From positions 108,859 to 128,858 of the IMG/VR virus record IMGVR_UViG_3300002835_000029: a stretch of 20,000 bases of DNA; one strand, 5' to 3'. This DNA is from an uncultured virus (IMG/VR IMGVR_UViG_3300002835_000029). Its lineage: Duplodnaviria > Heunggongvirae > Uroviricota > Caudoviricetes. Below the pieces are notes generated by a model. It saw only the letters and a program-made list of their open reading frames with translations. It searched no databases and had not been told where the DNA came from. Of this stretch, positions 1 to 7,630 are shown piece after piece; position 1 is the first letter of the stretch, and each line of letters starts with the position of its first letter. The position numbers and the translations under genes were made by a program.

Positions 1-797
1 GTATTAGTAAGGTCATTTCTCACAAATCTGGCACGTAATGGTTTGGAAACTATACTGACATTATTACTGAGTGTAGTTATGTCATTTGAAAATGAATTTG
101 CCCCAATAACTACTGGAGACAAACGATAATTTGTCCAATTTCTTTCCTGTGTCAATAAATTAGGAGTTGAATAATAATACGCATATTCAATAAGAGCAAT
201 AACAGTAAAGTAATTTGGATTATATATCTTTTTATTGCTAAAAATAGGGGATAGTATATTATCAGTATTTGAGTAAGTTGGATATACAGGAGTATTAGTA
301 ATAGTACCAGCGTAAGAAGTAAGAGAATAAGCACTGATTTGACTAGAATTAGACCCAACATAAATAAATCTAGCTTTAATTATTCCACCCCGGTCAATCA
401 CAAAAGTTTGTGAATTCACACTAAAAGGCTTTATTTGAGATGGGGTTAGTAGAGTTGGGTCAGTATCTGCAAACAAAGACATTAAATCATAATTACTTTT
501 AGCATCCATCGTAAAGCTTGGAAAATCAGTATATGAACCTAAAGTTTGATTATCTGGAGCATATTGTGTAAATACCCTAACTGGAACATTGTTAATGTTA
601 AATAAATTACTTCCATTCATAAAAGGAACTATTGGAGGTAATAATGTAAAGTTTGGATTGGGTGTTGTTGTAATAGGGGGTAATGTAGTAGACGGTGAAC
701 TACACACAGATTCACACTGACTTGTGGATGAATATGGACCACCAAGTATAGTGTGTACAGATGGATTATATGCTGAACTATGTATGCAAGTTCTCAT
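1..797 (-). CDS. Hypothetical, probably virion-associated protein, 3'-truncated (>265 aa); N-terminal Cys motif and Thr/Pro linker
   Basis: Not in the ORF track because it lacks a stop inside the window. Manual translation from ATG at 797 reads MRTCIHSSAYNPSVHTILGGPYSSTSQCESVCSSPSTTLPPITTTPNPNF... and stays open to position 1. An AAGGAG Shine-Dalgarno lies just upstream and overlaps the stop of the preceding gene. Confidence 0.85.
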   Translation of the reverse strand, partial: MRTCIHSSAYNPSVHTILGGPYSSTSQCESVCSSPSTTLPPITTTPNPNFTLLPPIVPFMNGSNLFNINNVPVRVFTQYAPDNQTLGSYTDFPSFTMDAKSNYDLMSLFADTDPTLLTPSQIKPFSVNSQTFVIDRGGIIKARFIYVGSNSSQISAYSLTSYAGTITNTPVYPTYSNTDNILSPIFSNKKIYNPNYFTVIALIEYAYYYSTPNLLTQERNWTNYRLSPVVIGANSFSNDITTLSNNVSIVSKPLRARFVRNDLTN

Positions 798-806
798 GTT
801 TTCTCC

Positions 807-1364
807 TTAAGAATCTTTGATTCTTACACAGTAGTAAGGATCTGGGTTGGGGGTTTCTACGCAGTAATAACCATCATCTATTTCTACACAGTAGTATCCA
901 TCTACATCAACACAATAATAACCATCGTATAAATCTACACAATAATAACAGGGGGGTTCTACATTCAGAGTAAATAAAGTTGAATTTAAGAGTTCTCCAT
1001 TTATATTGACAGTATTTACATAAGCTTCATATTTATTTTTTGTTGAATAAAGATAGTCAAAATATAACTTATTGTTATTTATTTTGAAAAAGTCATTATT
1101 TACACCAGACACAGACAAATAGAAATCATCACATCCAAAATCATTAATACTTATATCAGAAACTTTTATTGATGTAGAAGTTAAAGTATCAGATTTTTCG
1201 TGAAAATTTCTAATTTTGCTGTCTGAAACTTGAACACATTCATGATAAGAATCTGACAGTGCAAAAAAATCTTCTGCTTGTGGCGGTAGAGTTGTTAATC
1301 CCGGCTGAGTATATACAATATATGGAGATGGATTCTTGAAGCATGGGTTAAATGGTTTTCCCAT
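807..1364 (-). CDS. 185-aa protein with a degenerate cadherin/Ig-like domain and five C-terminal YYCV repeats
   Basis: The segment IKVSDISINDFGCDDFYLSVSGVNNDFFKINNNKLYFD...KNKYEAYVN resembles bacterial cadherin-like repeats (recalled pattern). The C-terminus is CYYCVDLYDG-YYCVDVDG-YYCVEIDDG-YYCVETPNPDP-YYCVRIKDS. The ORF itself is confident; the fold call is moderate. Confidence 0.6.
   Translation of the reverse strand: MGKPFNPCFKNPSPYIVYTQPGLTTLPPQAEDFFALSDSYHECVQVSDSKIRNFHEKSDTLTSTSIKVSDISINDFGCDDFYLSVSGVNNDFFKINNNKLYFDYLYSTKNKYEAYVNTVNINGELLNSTLFTLNVEPPCYYCVDLYDGYYCVDVDGYYCVEIDDGYYCVETPNPDPYYCVRIKDS
825..950 (-). repeat. Five imperfect tandem coding repeats (YYCV core, 8-11 aa period)
   Basis: Cores are TAT TAT TGT GTA / TAT TAT TGT GTT / TAC TAC TGT GTA / TAT TAC TGC GTA / TAC TAC TGT GTA; all differences are synonymous. 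Confidence 0.95.
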
Positions 1365-1375
1365 ATGGAAGCCCT

Positions 1376-4300
1376 TTAATTGTTACAGCATGTGCATGGC
1401 GTACTACTTGCACTAATCCAAATGGGTTTATATTCATTATTTATCCTAGCAGCTATCACATAAGCTCCAGAATGTATTACTGATGTAGTGTCTCTATTAA
1501 TAACAAAAATGTCTCCAGAATTTGCCCAATTACTGTCTTTTAGTATTAAGATGCCGCTAGTCTTAGTAGAGGCATTGGCTGGAGCTTGTAAGCCATCGGG
1601 CATGAATCCTTCAATAATAGCACTATTTATTCTTGATATTCCGCTATTGGCAAGAGATATGCCACTATTTCCAAGTGCTATGCCGCTATTTGCAAGTAAA
1701 GTATTTTTGATTATGGGCTTGGAGCTACCAAGATATGTGCCATCGCCAAATTGTATATTGCCTTTTAGCTTAAAATTTCCATTTAGCTGTGAATAAGGTT
1801 TTGGCTCTTTATTGCTAATGGCATTAGGAGTAACTTCTCCAGAAAGACCAACGGTTGGAAACCAATATTCATCATTATAATAATTAAGATTATTGAATGT
1901 CTTTGGGTAGCCCCAAGTAGCAATATAATCTGATGGTCCAAGTGAGTCGTGACTTAGAATTAAAAGGTCTGCTGAATTATTTCCAATAAATCTAAAAGTT
2001 AAAGTATTATCTGGATAGTTATTGCCGCCACTATCAATAATTTCTATAACATTAGATTTTAAGCACAAACTATCAGTATCATTAGCATTATTAATGTATA
2101 ATCTTCCGCCGCTAGGAAGAGTTAATCTTTTATCAGAATTAGTTGGGCCAAGCTTACCATCTAATAGAACTAAGCCATTATTCCCAACCAAGAAGTTGTG
2201 TGAACCACTGTTACTAGCACCAATATTATGACCAATTACTATATTACCACTAGTGTTGGCTAGATCAGAAGTCTTGTTGAATGATTGATTACCAATTATG
2301 ATATTGCTGGATGTATTAACTAATCCACTGGCAGATGAATCGCCAATTACAATATTGTTATTTCCTAAGACTAAATCATAAAGGGGGCTGTATCCTATTG
2401 CTAGGTTGCCAGAGCCAGATGAAATACTATAAAGTGCTTTGTAGCCATAGGAAATATTGTTTTTAGCTGCCCCAGTTATAGTTTTTCTGCCAGATGGAGA
2501 TAAATATCCAGCAAAAGTATTTCCACTTCCATCTGTATAAATAGCTCTAGCGTCTACGTTATCAAGTTTATTTACTACTAAATCAGTAGAATTGCCAGAA
2601 CCATCCATAAAATATAGTGAATTATACTGATCAGCAAATCCTTTTTCAGCTCTAAAGTTGTATAATTTTCCATACCCAACTGAAGGAGCTACTATAGAAT
2701 TTCCAACCCATAGATTATCTTTTATGCTTATAACCGGAAGCTTGGCTGTTCCGCTGTTTCCAATTGTAATAGTTGCATTGATAATTCCACTAGAAAGTAT
2801 TCCAATCTCTTTGGTGTCTTTCATTCTAATGAAGTTGATAGGATTAGAGTCCCTATAAACTGTTACATCGGCAACACCGCTATTGTTTAGATAAGAAATT
2901 TCTAAACCGCTAGCCTCACAGTTAGCAGATCCAAGAAGCTGAATGGCTGATTTATAATATGCGTTATTTTCAGAAGTAAATCTAGCAATACAATCATTCT
3001 TAGATCTGACATTGAAAATAGTGTTTGGTAACACATTTTCTGTAACTTCTGGTATATTGGTAATAGACATAACAGACCCGCCGGTAGACTCTTTCATAAG
3101 AATCATACCGTTAACAAAATTGGGGGTTTTATTATAAGAACCAATGACTAAACGATCATCAAGATCATTGTTATTAGTGTCATTGATATATTTAAGCTCA
3201 AATCCAGAAAGTTTATCTTTGTTAGTCACAACGTCTTTTTGTCTTGACTTTGTTCCAGATAAGAATCTTTGACTAACGCTCACGCCAGACTCTAACGAAG
3301 ATATTGAAACACTATAGTTTTGTACTTCCCCAGAGTTGGATATAAAATTTACATTTCCTATACCAGCAATATGACCATTTGGCAAGCCGGGATTAACATT
3401 TAAAACATTTTTTCTTGATATATATGTTATACCACTATTGAAGAATAGGCCATAACAGTCACTATCATTAAATGCATCTGAACTATACGAAATTATACTA
3501 TTAGTTTTTATGTAAGATGAACTTGGAACTTGGAAGCTAATGTTACTTCTAAATGTAGATTTATCATAACTATCAGTAAAGCATGGCATACCAGAGCTTG
3601 GCGGAAAGTAACTTAAAGAATATTCTCTATTGTCAGAAGACTTTATAAATAATCCGCCACCTAATAAGTTTGCATCAGAATATTGTGGTTGTAAATTAGA
3701 GTCTGTTGCTAAATAGATTTTAATACCATTATACACTTGAGTATCATTGTATGTTACAGTTCCTATGTTAGCCGTACCGTCAACTGTAAGATTTTGAAAA
3801 TAACCACGTTTCCATTTATTTGTAGAAGATCCAAGCTCATAGTGATTATTAATGGGTACAAATAATGATCCACTAACTAGAATTCCGGTTGGACTATATG
3901 CACTTATTGAAGAATTATTAGCAAAATTTAAAGAGCTTGAAAGATATAAACTCTTCCAATTATATAATTGGTGTCCAATGTTTAATACATTATTACCAGA
4001 AGGCGTTAAATCGCCACCAACTTGGAGTGCGCCAAATGCGTGAAGGGTTTTTACTCCAACTCCTAATTGCAAACTAGAAAAATCGCCTTGTAACAATGGT
4101 GTCAAGCCGGTTCCATTGGGATTATTGCAGATATAATCTCCGTCAACAGCGTGATGAGCAATAAATAATTTGTTGCTAGTATTTTTACCAATGTAGTATC
4201 CAGCACCATGCCCAATTGCTACATTACCATTTCCAGATTTATTGTTATGAAGAGTGTAGCTACCAAGCCCAATATTCAAATTACCAACAGTATTGCCCGC

Positions 4301-4672
4301 TAACGCATTATAACCTAAAGCAACATTACCCTCTCCATATATATTGCAAGATAAAGAGTAAGAGCCAACGGCTGTATTTCTAATGCCTTGATAGTTAGAT
4401 TTTAATACAGAATATCCAATTGCTGTATTGTCTTGACTATTATAACCATCTAAATTAATATTCTCTAGAGTTAACTGGCCAAGCTTTGTATTTCCAGATG
4501 GAAATGTAGCTAAATTAAGAGATTTTAATTCTTGAGAAAAGGTAAGGTTATGTACAGAATCTATTATATCTAATAAATTATGTCTAATGTCATAGGGCGA
4601 TATTTGACCATATGATTGATCAGATATATCACTATTAATATTATTTACAAGTTGAGACTTGCTTAATATCAT
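1376..4672 (-). CDS. 1098-aa fibre/adhesin-like virion protein with two blocks of 14-aa NxAxG repeats (YadA-head/Hep_Hag-like)
   Basis: Repeats NTAIGYSVLKSNYQG-IRNTAVGSYSLSCN... at ~4195-4435 and NLAIGYSPL...NIVIGDSS...NIIIGNQS at ~2180-2525. Fibre-type motifs LNIGHQLYNWKSLYL and YELGSSTNKWKRGYF are present. The protein is S/N/G-rich and has a GGAG RBS upstream. Confidence 0.7.
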   Translation of the reverse strand: MILSKSQLVNNINSDISDQSYGQISPYDIRHNLLDIIDSVHNLTFSQELKSLNLATFPSGNTKLGQLTLENINLDGYNSQDNTAIGYSVLKSNYQGIRNTAVGSYSLSCNIYGEGNVALGYNALAGNTVGNLNIGLGSYTLHNNKSGNGNVAIGHGAGYYIGKNTSNKLFIAHHAVDGDYICNNPNGTGLTPLLQGDFSSLQLGVGVKTLHAFGALQVGGDLTPSGNNVLNIGHQLYNWKSLYLSSSLNFANNSSISAYSPTGILVSGSLFVPINNHYELGSSTNKWKRGYFQNLTVDGTANIGTVTYNDTQVYNGIKIYLATDSNLQPQYSDANLLGGGLFIKSSDNREYSLSYFPPSSGMPCFTDSYDKSTFRSNISFQVPSSSYIKTNSIISYSSDAFNDSDCYGLFFNSGITYISRKNVLNVNPGLPNGHIAGIGNVNFISNSGEVQNYSVSISSLESGVSVSQRFLSGTKSRQKDVVTNKDKLSGFELKYINDTNNNDLDDRLVIGSYNKTPNFVNGMILMKESTGGSVMSITNIPEVTENVLPNTIFNVRSKNDCIARFTSENNAYYKSAIQLLGSANCEASGLEISYLNNSGVADVTVYRDSNPINFIRMKDTKEIGILSSGIINATITIGNSGTAKLPVISIKDNLWVGNSIVAPSVGYGKLYNFRAEKGFADQYNSLYFMDGSGNSTDLVVNKLDNVDARAIYTDGSGNTFAGYLSPSGRKTITGAAKNNISYGYKALYSISSGSGNLAIGYSPLYDLVLGNNNIVIGDSSASGLVNTSSNIIIGNQSFNKTSDLANTSGNIVIGHNIGASNSGSHNFLVGNNGLVLLDGKLGPTNSDKRLTLPSGGRLYINNANDTDSLCLKSNVIEIIDSGGNNYPDNTLTFRFIGNNSADLLILSHDSLGPSDYIATWGYPKTFNNLNYYNDEYWFPTVGLSGEVTPNAISNKEPKPYSQLNGNFKLKGNIQFGDGTYLGSSKPIIKNTLLANSGIALGNSGISLANSGISRINSAIIEGFMPDGLQAPANASTKTSGILILKDSNWANSGDIFVINRDTTSVIHSGAYVIAARINNEYKPIWISASSTPCTCCNN
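1634..1696 (-). repeat. Three 21-bp tandem coding repeats (LANSGIA-LGNSGIS-LANSGIS)
   Basis: CTT GCA AAT AGC GGC ATA GCA / CTT GGA AAT AGT GGC ATA TCT / CTT GCC AAT AGC GGA ATA TCA. Confidence 0.9.
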
Positions 4673-4687
4673 ATTAAGCTCCAGTTA

Positions 4688-5389
4688 CTATTTTAGGCTT
4701 ATTTCTAATGAATTAGCATCAAATCTTATATTATCTCCAAGGTAAACGTATCGCGGATTATTTAACTTAGCATACATTAGAAGATTACCAGAACCAACGG
4801 ACTCATGATCTAAAATAGCTATGCCAGAAACCCAACCCCACTCAGTGATAGCAGTATTAAATATCATTTGATTTTTATTTTTAATAAATCCATTACCTTC
4901 ATATGACTGATAACTTGACTGCACTGAAACACCAGACTGAAATATGTTTCCTCCAACTGGAGCAAAGAACATCACAGATGGAAATTCTTTAAATATTATA
5001 GACAGACTACTGCCATTACCGCCACCGGCTGTACTATTACTATTTGCCGCAGTAGATGTTAAATATAGTGGATAAAAATATCCCGGTGTATTGTCATGTC
5101 TGGTTCCAGAGACAGTATAGGCAGTTAGAGTATCTAATCCAACAGAATTCCATGCCCTATCACCACTAGTAGCTGGTGGGCCTAAAACAATTCGACTATA
5201 ATTTGTTGGAACAAAGTTTAAGCCACTCCTTACTCCAGACGGTAGTTCTGGGATTGTTAACCCAGTGTCGGAATCAAGTGGAACACCGCTAGTTAAGGCA
5301 ATTGCTATGGTAGAAGGTCTGGGGAAAGCTGTATCTCTAAATATGTGACTCAATAATCCAGACTCAAGATAATCCGATAGTGCGGCCAT
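4688..5389 (-). CDS. 233-aa phage virion structural protein (SDYLE...F..A...WG...GNLL family, often annotated as tail fibre protein)
   Basis: N-terminal ALSDYLESGLLSHIFR...IAIAL...NYSR and C-terminal IFNTAITEWGWVSGIAILD...GNLLMYAKL...GDNIRFDANSLEISL match a widespread small phage structural family. AGGAG RBS upstream. Confidence 0.7.
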   Translation of the reverse strand: MAALSDYLESGLLSHIFRDTAFPRPSTIAIALTSGVPLDSDTGLTIPELPSGVRSGLNFVPTNYSRIVLGPPATSGDRAWNSVGLDTLTAYTVSGTRHDNTPGYFYPLYLTSTAANSNSTAGGGNGSSLSIIFKEFPSVMFFAPVGGNIFQSGVSVQSSYQSYEGNGFIKNKNQMIFNTAITEWGWVSGIAILDHESVGSGNLLMYAKLNNPRYVYLGDNIRFDANSLEISLK

Positions 5390-5426
5390 ATTTTTCTCCT
5401 ATTCATATCCTTGGATAACGTTATCT

Positions 5427-5445
5427 AAGTTATTATACACAAAAA
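5427..5445 (-). promoter_or_regulatory. Putative late promoter motif, copy 2 (TTTTTGTGTATAATAACTT)
   Basis: 17/19 identical to 8441..8459. It contains TATAAT, is intergenic, and lies ~40 nt upstream of the ATG at 5389. Confidence 0.7.
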
Positions 5446-5474
5446 AGCCACCCCCAATCGCTTGAGGATGGCTT
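5441..5474 (-). terminator. Rho-independent terminator after the major capsid gene
   Basis: Minus strand reads AAGCCATCCTCAA-GCGA-TTGGGGGTGGCTT-TTTT: a 13-bp stem with two G-U pairs, a GNRA tetraloop and a run of six U, 30 nt after the capsid stop. Confidence 0.9.
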
Positions 5475-5504
5475 GATTGCGACCGATATCTTTAGATATC
5501 TAGA

Positions 5505-6515
5505 TTAGAATGAGCCAAGGATCACTCTACGATTATCTAGAACACCAAAGCCGAGTTCAGCCCAGCCGTAATAGCCAGCGCGTTGCTGACGATGTAGGGT
5601 TGGATCTTCGAATACCTGTAGCTGCTGCTTAACGGGCATTACAAAGCTATCATTACTCGACTGATCAAGACCAACTACGAGTTCAACGTCACCGCCTGTT
5701 GCTAATGCACCGCCGAGGTCAGTTGAAAAGAAGCTCTGGTACTGTTGACCTTCGCCTAGTTCGTCTAGGTCATGTAGGTTAACGCCAAAGATTCTGGTGA
5801 TAACAGCCGCAGCTGGATCAGCATTATAGATTTCACGACGAGTAACATCATCAACTTGATCTAGACCCCAGTTACGAATGTCTTCTAAAGCTTCTGGCGA
5901 TAGATACATATCGGTTAGACGGCCACGACCAACTGATGCCGAGTTACCACCCGAGTTTCTACGCATAACTGTCTGCATAAGTGATACTAATCTCTTTGAG
6001 AATAGACCAGCTGTTGCATCAGCATCATAGACGAGGATGTTACGATCAACGCCAGCGGCGAGAAGAGTGTGCCAGCCGTCATCGTTCATCTTCTTGGTGA
6101 AACCGGCTTCCATCACCTGCATTGCACGACCAACGATATCCCATCTGGCTTCGCGGGCAAAGCGAAGAAGATAGTCAACCGATGAAGCGATTGTGTAGGT
6201 GGGAATCATCACGTAGTCGCCTTCGACCGAACGCTCTGGAATTCTACCGTGACCGGGATTGGTGTAAGCAACATGCTCACCTTCAAGGCCGGGGGAGATA
6301 AGATCAAGAGGGAATTCGGTTGTTGAACCGGCTTCTACATTGATGGTTTCGAAAATATTACCGAGTACATTACCGACTAAAACGCCCTTACGGAGTGGGA
6401 GTTCTAGTGCTTTGGCAAACTCACGTTGAGCGGCCATAGCCACATTGATATCGGCATCCCCTGACTTACGTAGGAGAGCGATAAAATCATCGCTGGGTCT
6501 TTCTGTTATTGGCAT
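5505..6515 (-). CDS. Major capsid protein (HK97 fold), 336 aa
   Basis: Last gene of the protease/scaffold - decoration - capsid trio, with typical size. It has an E-loop to spine-helix pattern (GRIPERSVEGDYVMIPTYTIASSVDY...DIVGRAMQVMEAGFTKKMNDDGW) and a C-terminal GYYGWAELGFGVLDNRRV. It also has a strong AAGGAG RBS (6524-6529), distinct codon usage and a downstream terminator. Confidence 0.85.
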   Translation of the reverse strand: MPITERPSDDFIALLRKSGDADINVAMAAQREFAKALELPLRKGVLVGNVLGNIFETINVEAGSTTEFPLDLISPGLEGEHVAYTNPGHGRIPERSVEGDYVMIPTYTIASSVDYLLRFAREARWDIVGRAMQVMEAGFTKKMNDDGWHTLLAAGVDRNILVYDADATAGLFSKRLVSLMQTVMRRNSGGNSASVGRGRLTDMYLSPEALEDIRNWGLDQVDDVTRREIYNADPAAAVITRIFGVNLHDLDELGEGQQYQSFFSTDLGGALATGGDVELVVGLDQSSNDSFVMPVKQQLQVFEDPTLHRQQRAGYYGWAELGFGVLDNRRVILGSF

Positions 6516-6540
6516 GTTTAATTCTCCTTGTTTATATTAG

Positions 6541-6987
6541 TCAGGGAAGGTTTACTTCGACTTTGGCATAACCGTCAGCATCTTTGCTGGTCATGAATCC
6601 ACCAACAGCATTGCCGCTAGCAACTGTGCTGAAATTTCCAGCAGTTACTGTGCAGCGATAAGCTGTTGCACCGGCACTAGGTGTTCCAGTGACGCTGTTA
6701 GTTACAACATAACCCTTGCGGAGTACTGTAACCTTACCACCCTTCTGAACTTCATCCTTATACTGATTAAGATGAGTACGGGTTAGATCCTTATTTACTA
6801 CATCATTTAATAAAACGCCAACTGGAACGCCTGATGTAGCATACTTAACAAGGTTAACACCTTGATCCATAGCTGCACCCGAACCAGCTGTATCATGACA
6901 TACTACACCGCCGCGAGTTGCTGTCCCGGCATTGTAGAAGAAACTGATATCAGTTTGAAGCTCATATCTATCTGCTTTTAGGGCCAT
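6541..6987 (-). CDS. Capsid decoration/cement protein, 148 aa
   Basis: Small G/V/T/A-rich beta protein directly upstream of the capsid gene. Motifs PVGVLLNDV, GGKVTVLRKGYVVT and AVGGFMT...GYAKVEVNL resemble beta-tulip cement proteins. AAGGAG RBS at 6995-7000. Confidence 0.7.
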   Translation of the reverse strand: MALKADRYELQTDISFFYNAGTATRGGVVCHDTAGSGAAMDQGVNLVKYATSGVPVGVLLNDVVNKDLTRTHLNQYKDEVQKGGKVTVLRKGYVVTNSVTGTPSAGATAYRCTVTAGNFSTVASGNAVGGFMTSKDADGYAKVEVNLP

Positions 6988-7003
6988 AGTTTTTCTCCTT
7001 TTA

Positions 7004-7630
7004 TCACTTATTACGTAAAACGTTGTTTGTTAGCCACTCTGCCACACTAGCTCTTGTGGCCTCTATTTCTTCACCTTCATCAGAAGCATCTACGAGAGTG
7101 GCTTCTGTTGATTTAACTTCTTCAAAAAGTTGAGCAGTTGACTCTTCTGCTACTTCAGTCTTTTCTTCTGTAGCAGCGACTTCTGAAGCCATTTCCTTCT
7201 TTTCTTCTTTATCTTCTTTCATCATCTTGTCCTTCATTGCTCCCCACTTCTTCTTCATTGCAGCAACAACAGCTTCAAAAGCTTCGTCACTTAATGCGTC
7301 ATATAGCGAGAGCGATTCGTCGGCTTCTGCATCTTCAAAACCGGCCATAACTAATTTTTCTTTACGGCTACGATCTTTTTCCTTTTTCTTCATTTCTTCC
7401 ATATCCTTGTTCACTGCTGCTAAATCTTTTTGTAAGTTAGCAATAGTCTCTTCTAATGTTGTTACCTTTGAAGCATAAGCTTGAATTTCAGTATCTTTAG
7501 CAGCTAAAGCGGCCTCTAATTCTGAAGTATTATTTTCAACCTTGACTTCTTCGGCTACAGCTACAACTTGTACAGCTTCTTCTACCACTGGGGCAGTATC
7601 TAGCTGCTTCTCTTCGATGTTTTCTGACAT
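7004..7630 (-). CDS. Putative nested in-frame scaffolding protein (208 aa, starting at Met264 of the protease ORF)
   Basis: Internal AAGGAG (7639-7644) lies 8 nt before an in-frame ATG at 7630, exactly where the sequence switches to acidic coiled coil (MSENIEEKQLD...). Confidence 0.65.
   Translation of the reverse strand: MSENIEEKQLDTAPVVEEAVQVVAVAEEVKVENNTSELEAALAAKDTEIQAYASKVTTLEETIANLQKDLAAVNKDMEEMKKKEKDRSRKEKLVMAGFEDAEADESLSLYDALSDEAFEAVVAAMKKKWGAMKDKMMKEDKEEKKEMASEVAATEEKTEVAEESTAQLFEEVKSTEATLVDASDEGEEIEATRASVAEWLTNNVLRNK

Noticed and set aside
152..361. 69-aa very hydrophobic ORF resembling a holin or membrane protein
   Set aside because: It lies in an alternative frame within the longer RBS-supported ORF <1..797. 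Its Leu/Ile richness is expected from T-ending codons read out of frame, and it has no clear RBS.
825..950. Short repeats as a mini CRISPR array
   Set aside because: Units are only 24-33 bp in total, preserve reading frame and vary at third codon positions, so they are protein repeats.
3728..3736. Third GTGTATAAT match on the minus strand
   Set aside because: It lies inside the 1098-aa CDS, lacks the T-run and downstream CTT of the two intergenic copies, and is plausible by chance in AT-rich DNA.
5485..5502. Two GATATC palindromes just after the capsid stop
   Set aside because: Short and AT-rich, giving only a weak hairpin; the adjacent terminator already explains the region.
5505..6515. 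Encapsulin (cellular nanocompartment) interpretation of the HK97-fold gene
   Set aside because: The context of portal, protease-scaffold, decoration and fibre genes indicates a phage capsid, and no cargo enzyme gene is adjacent.
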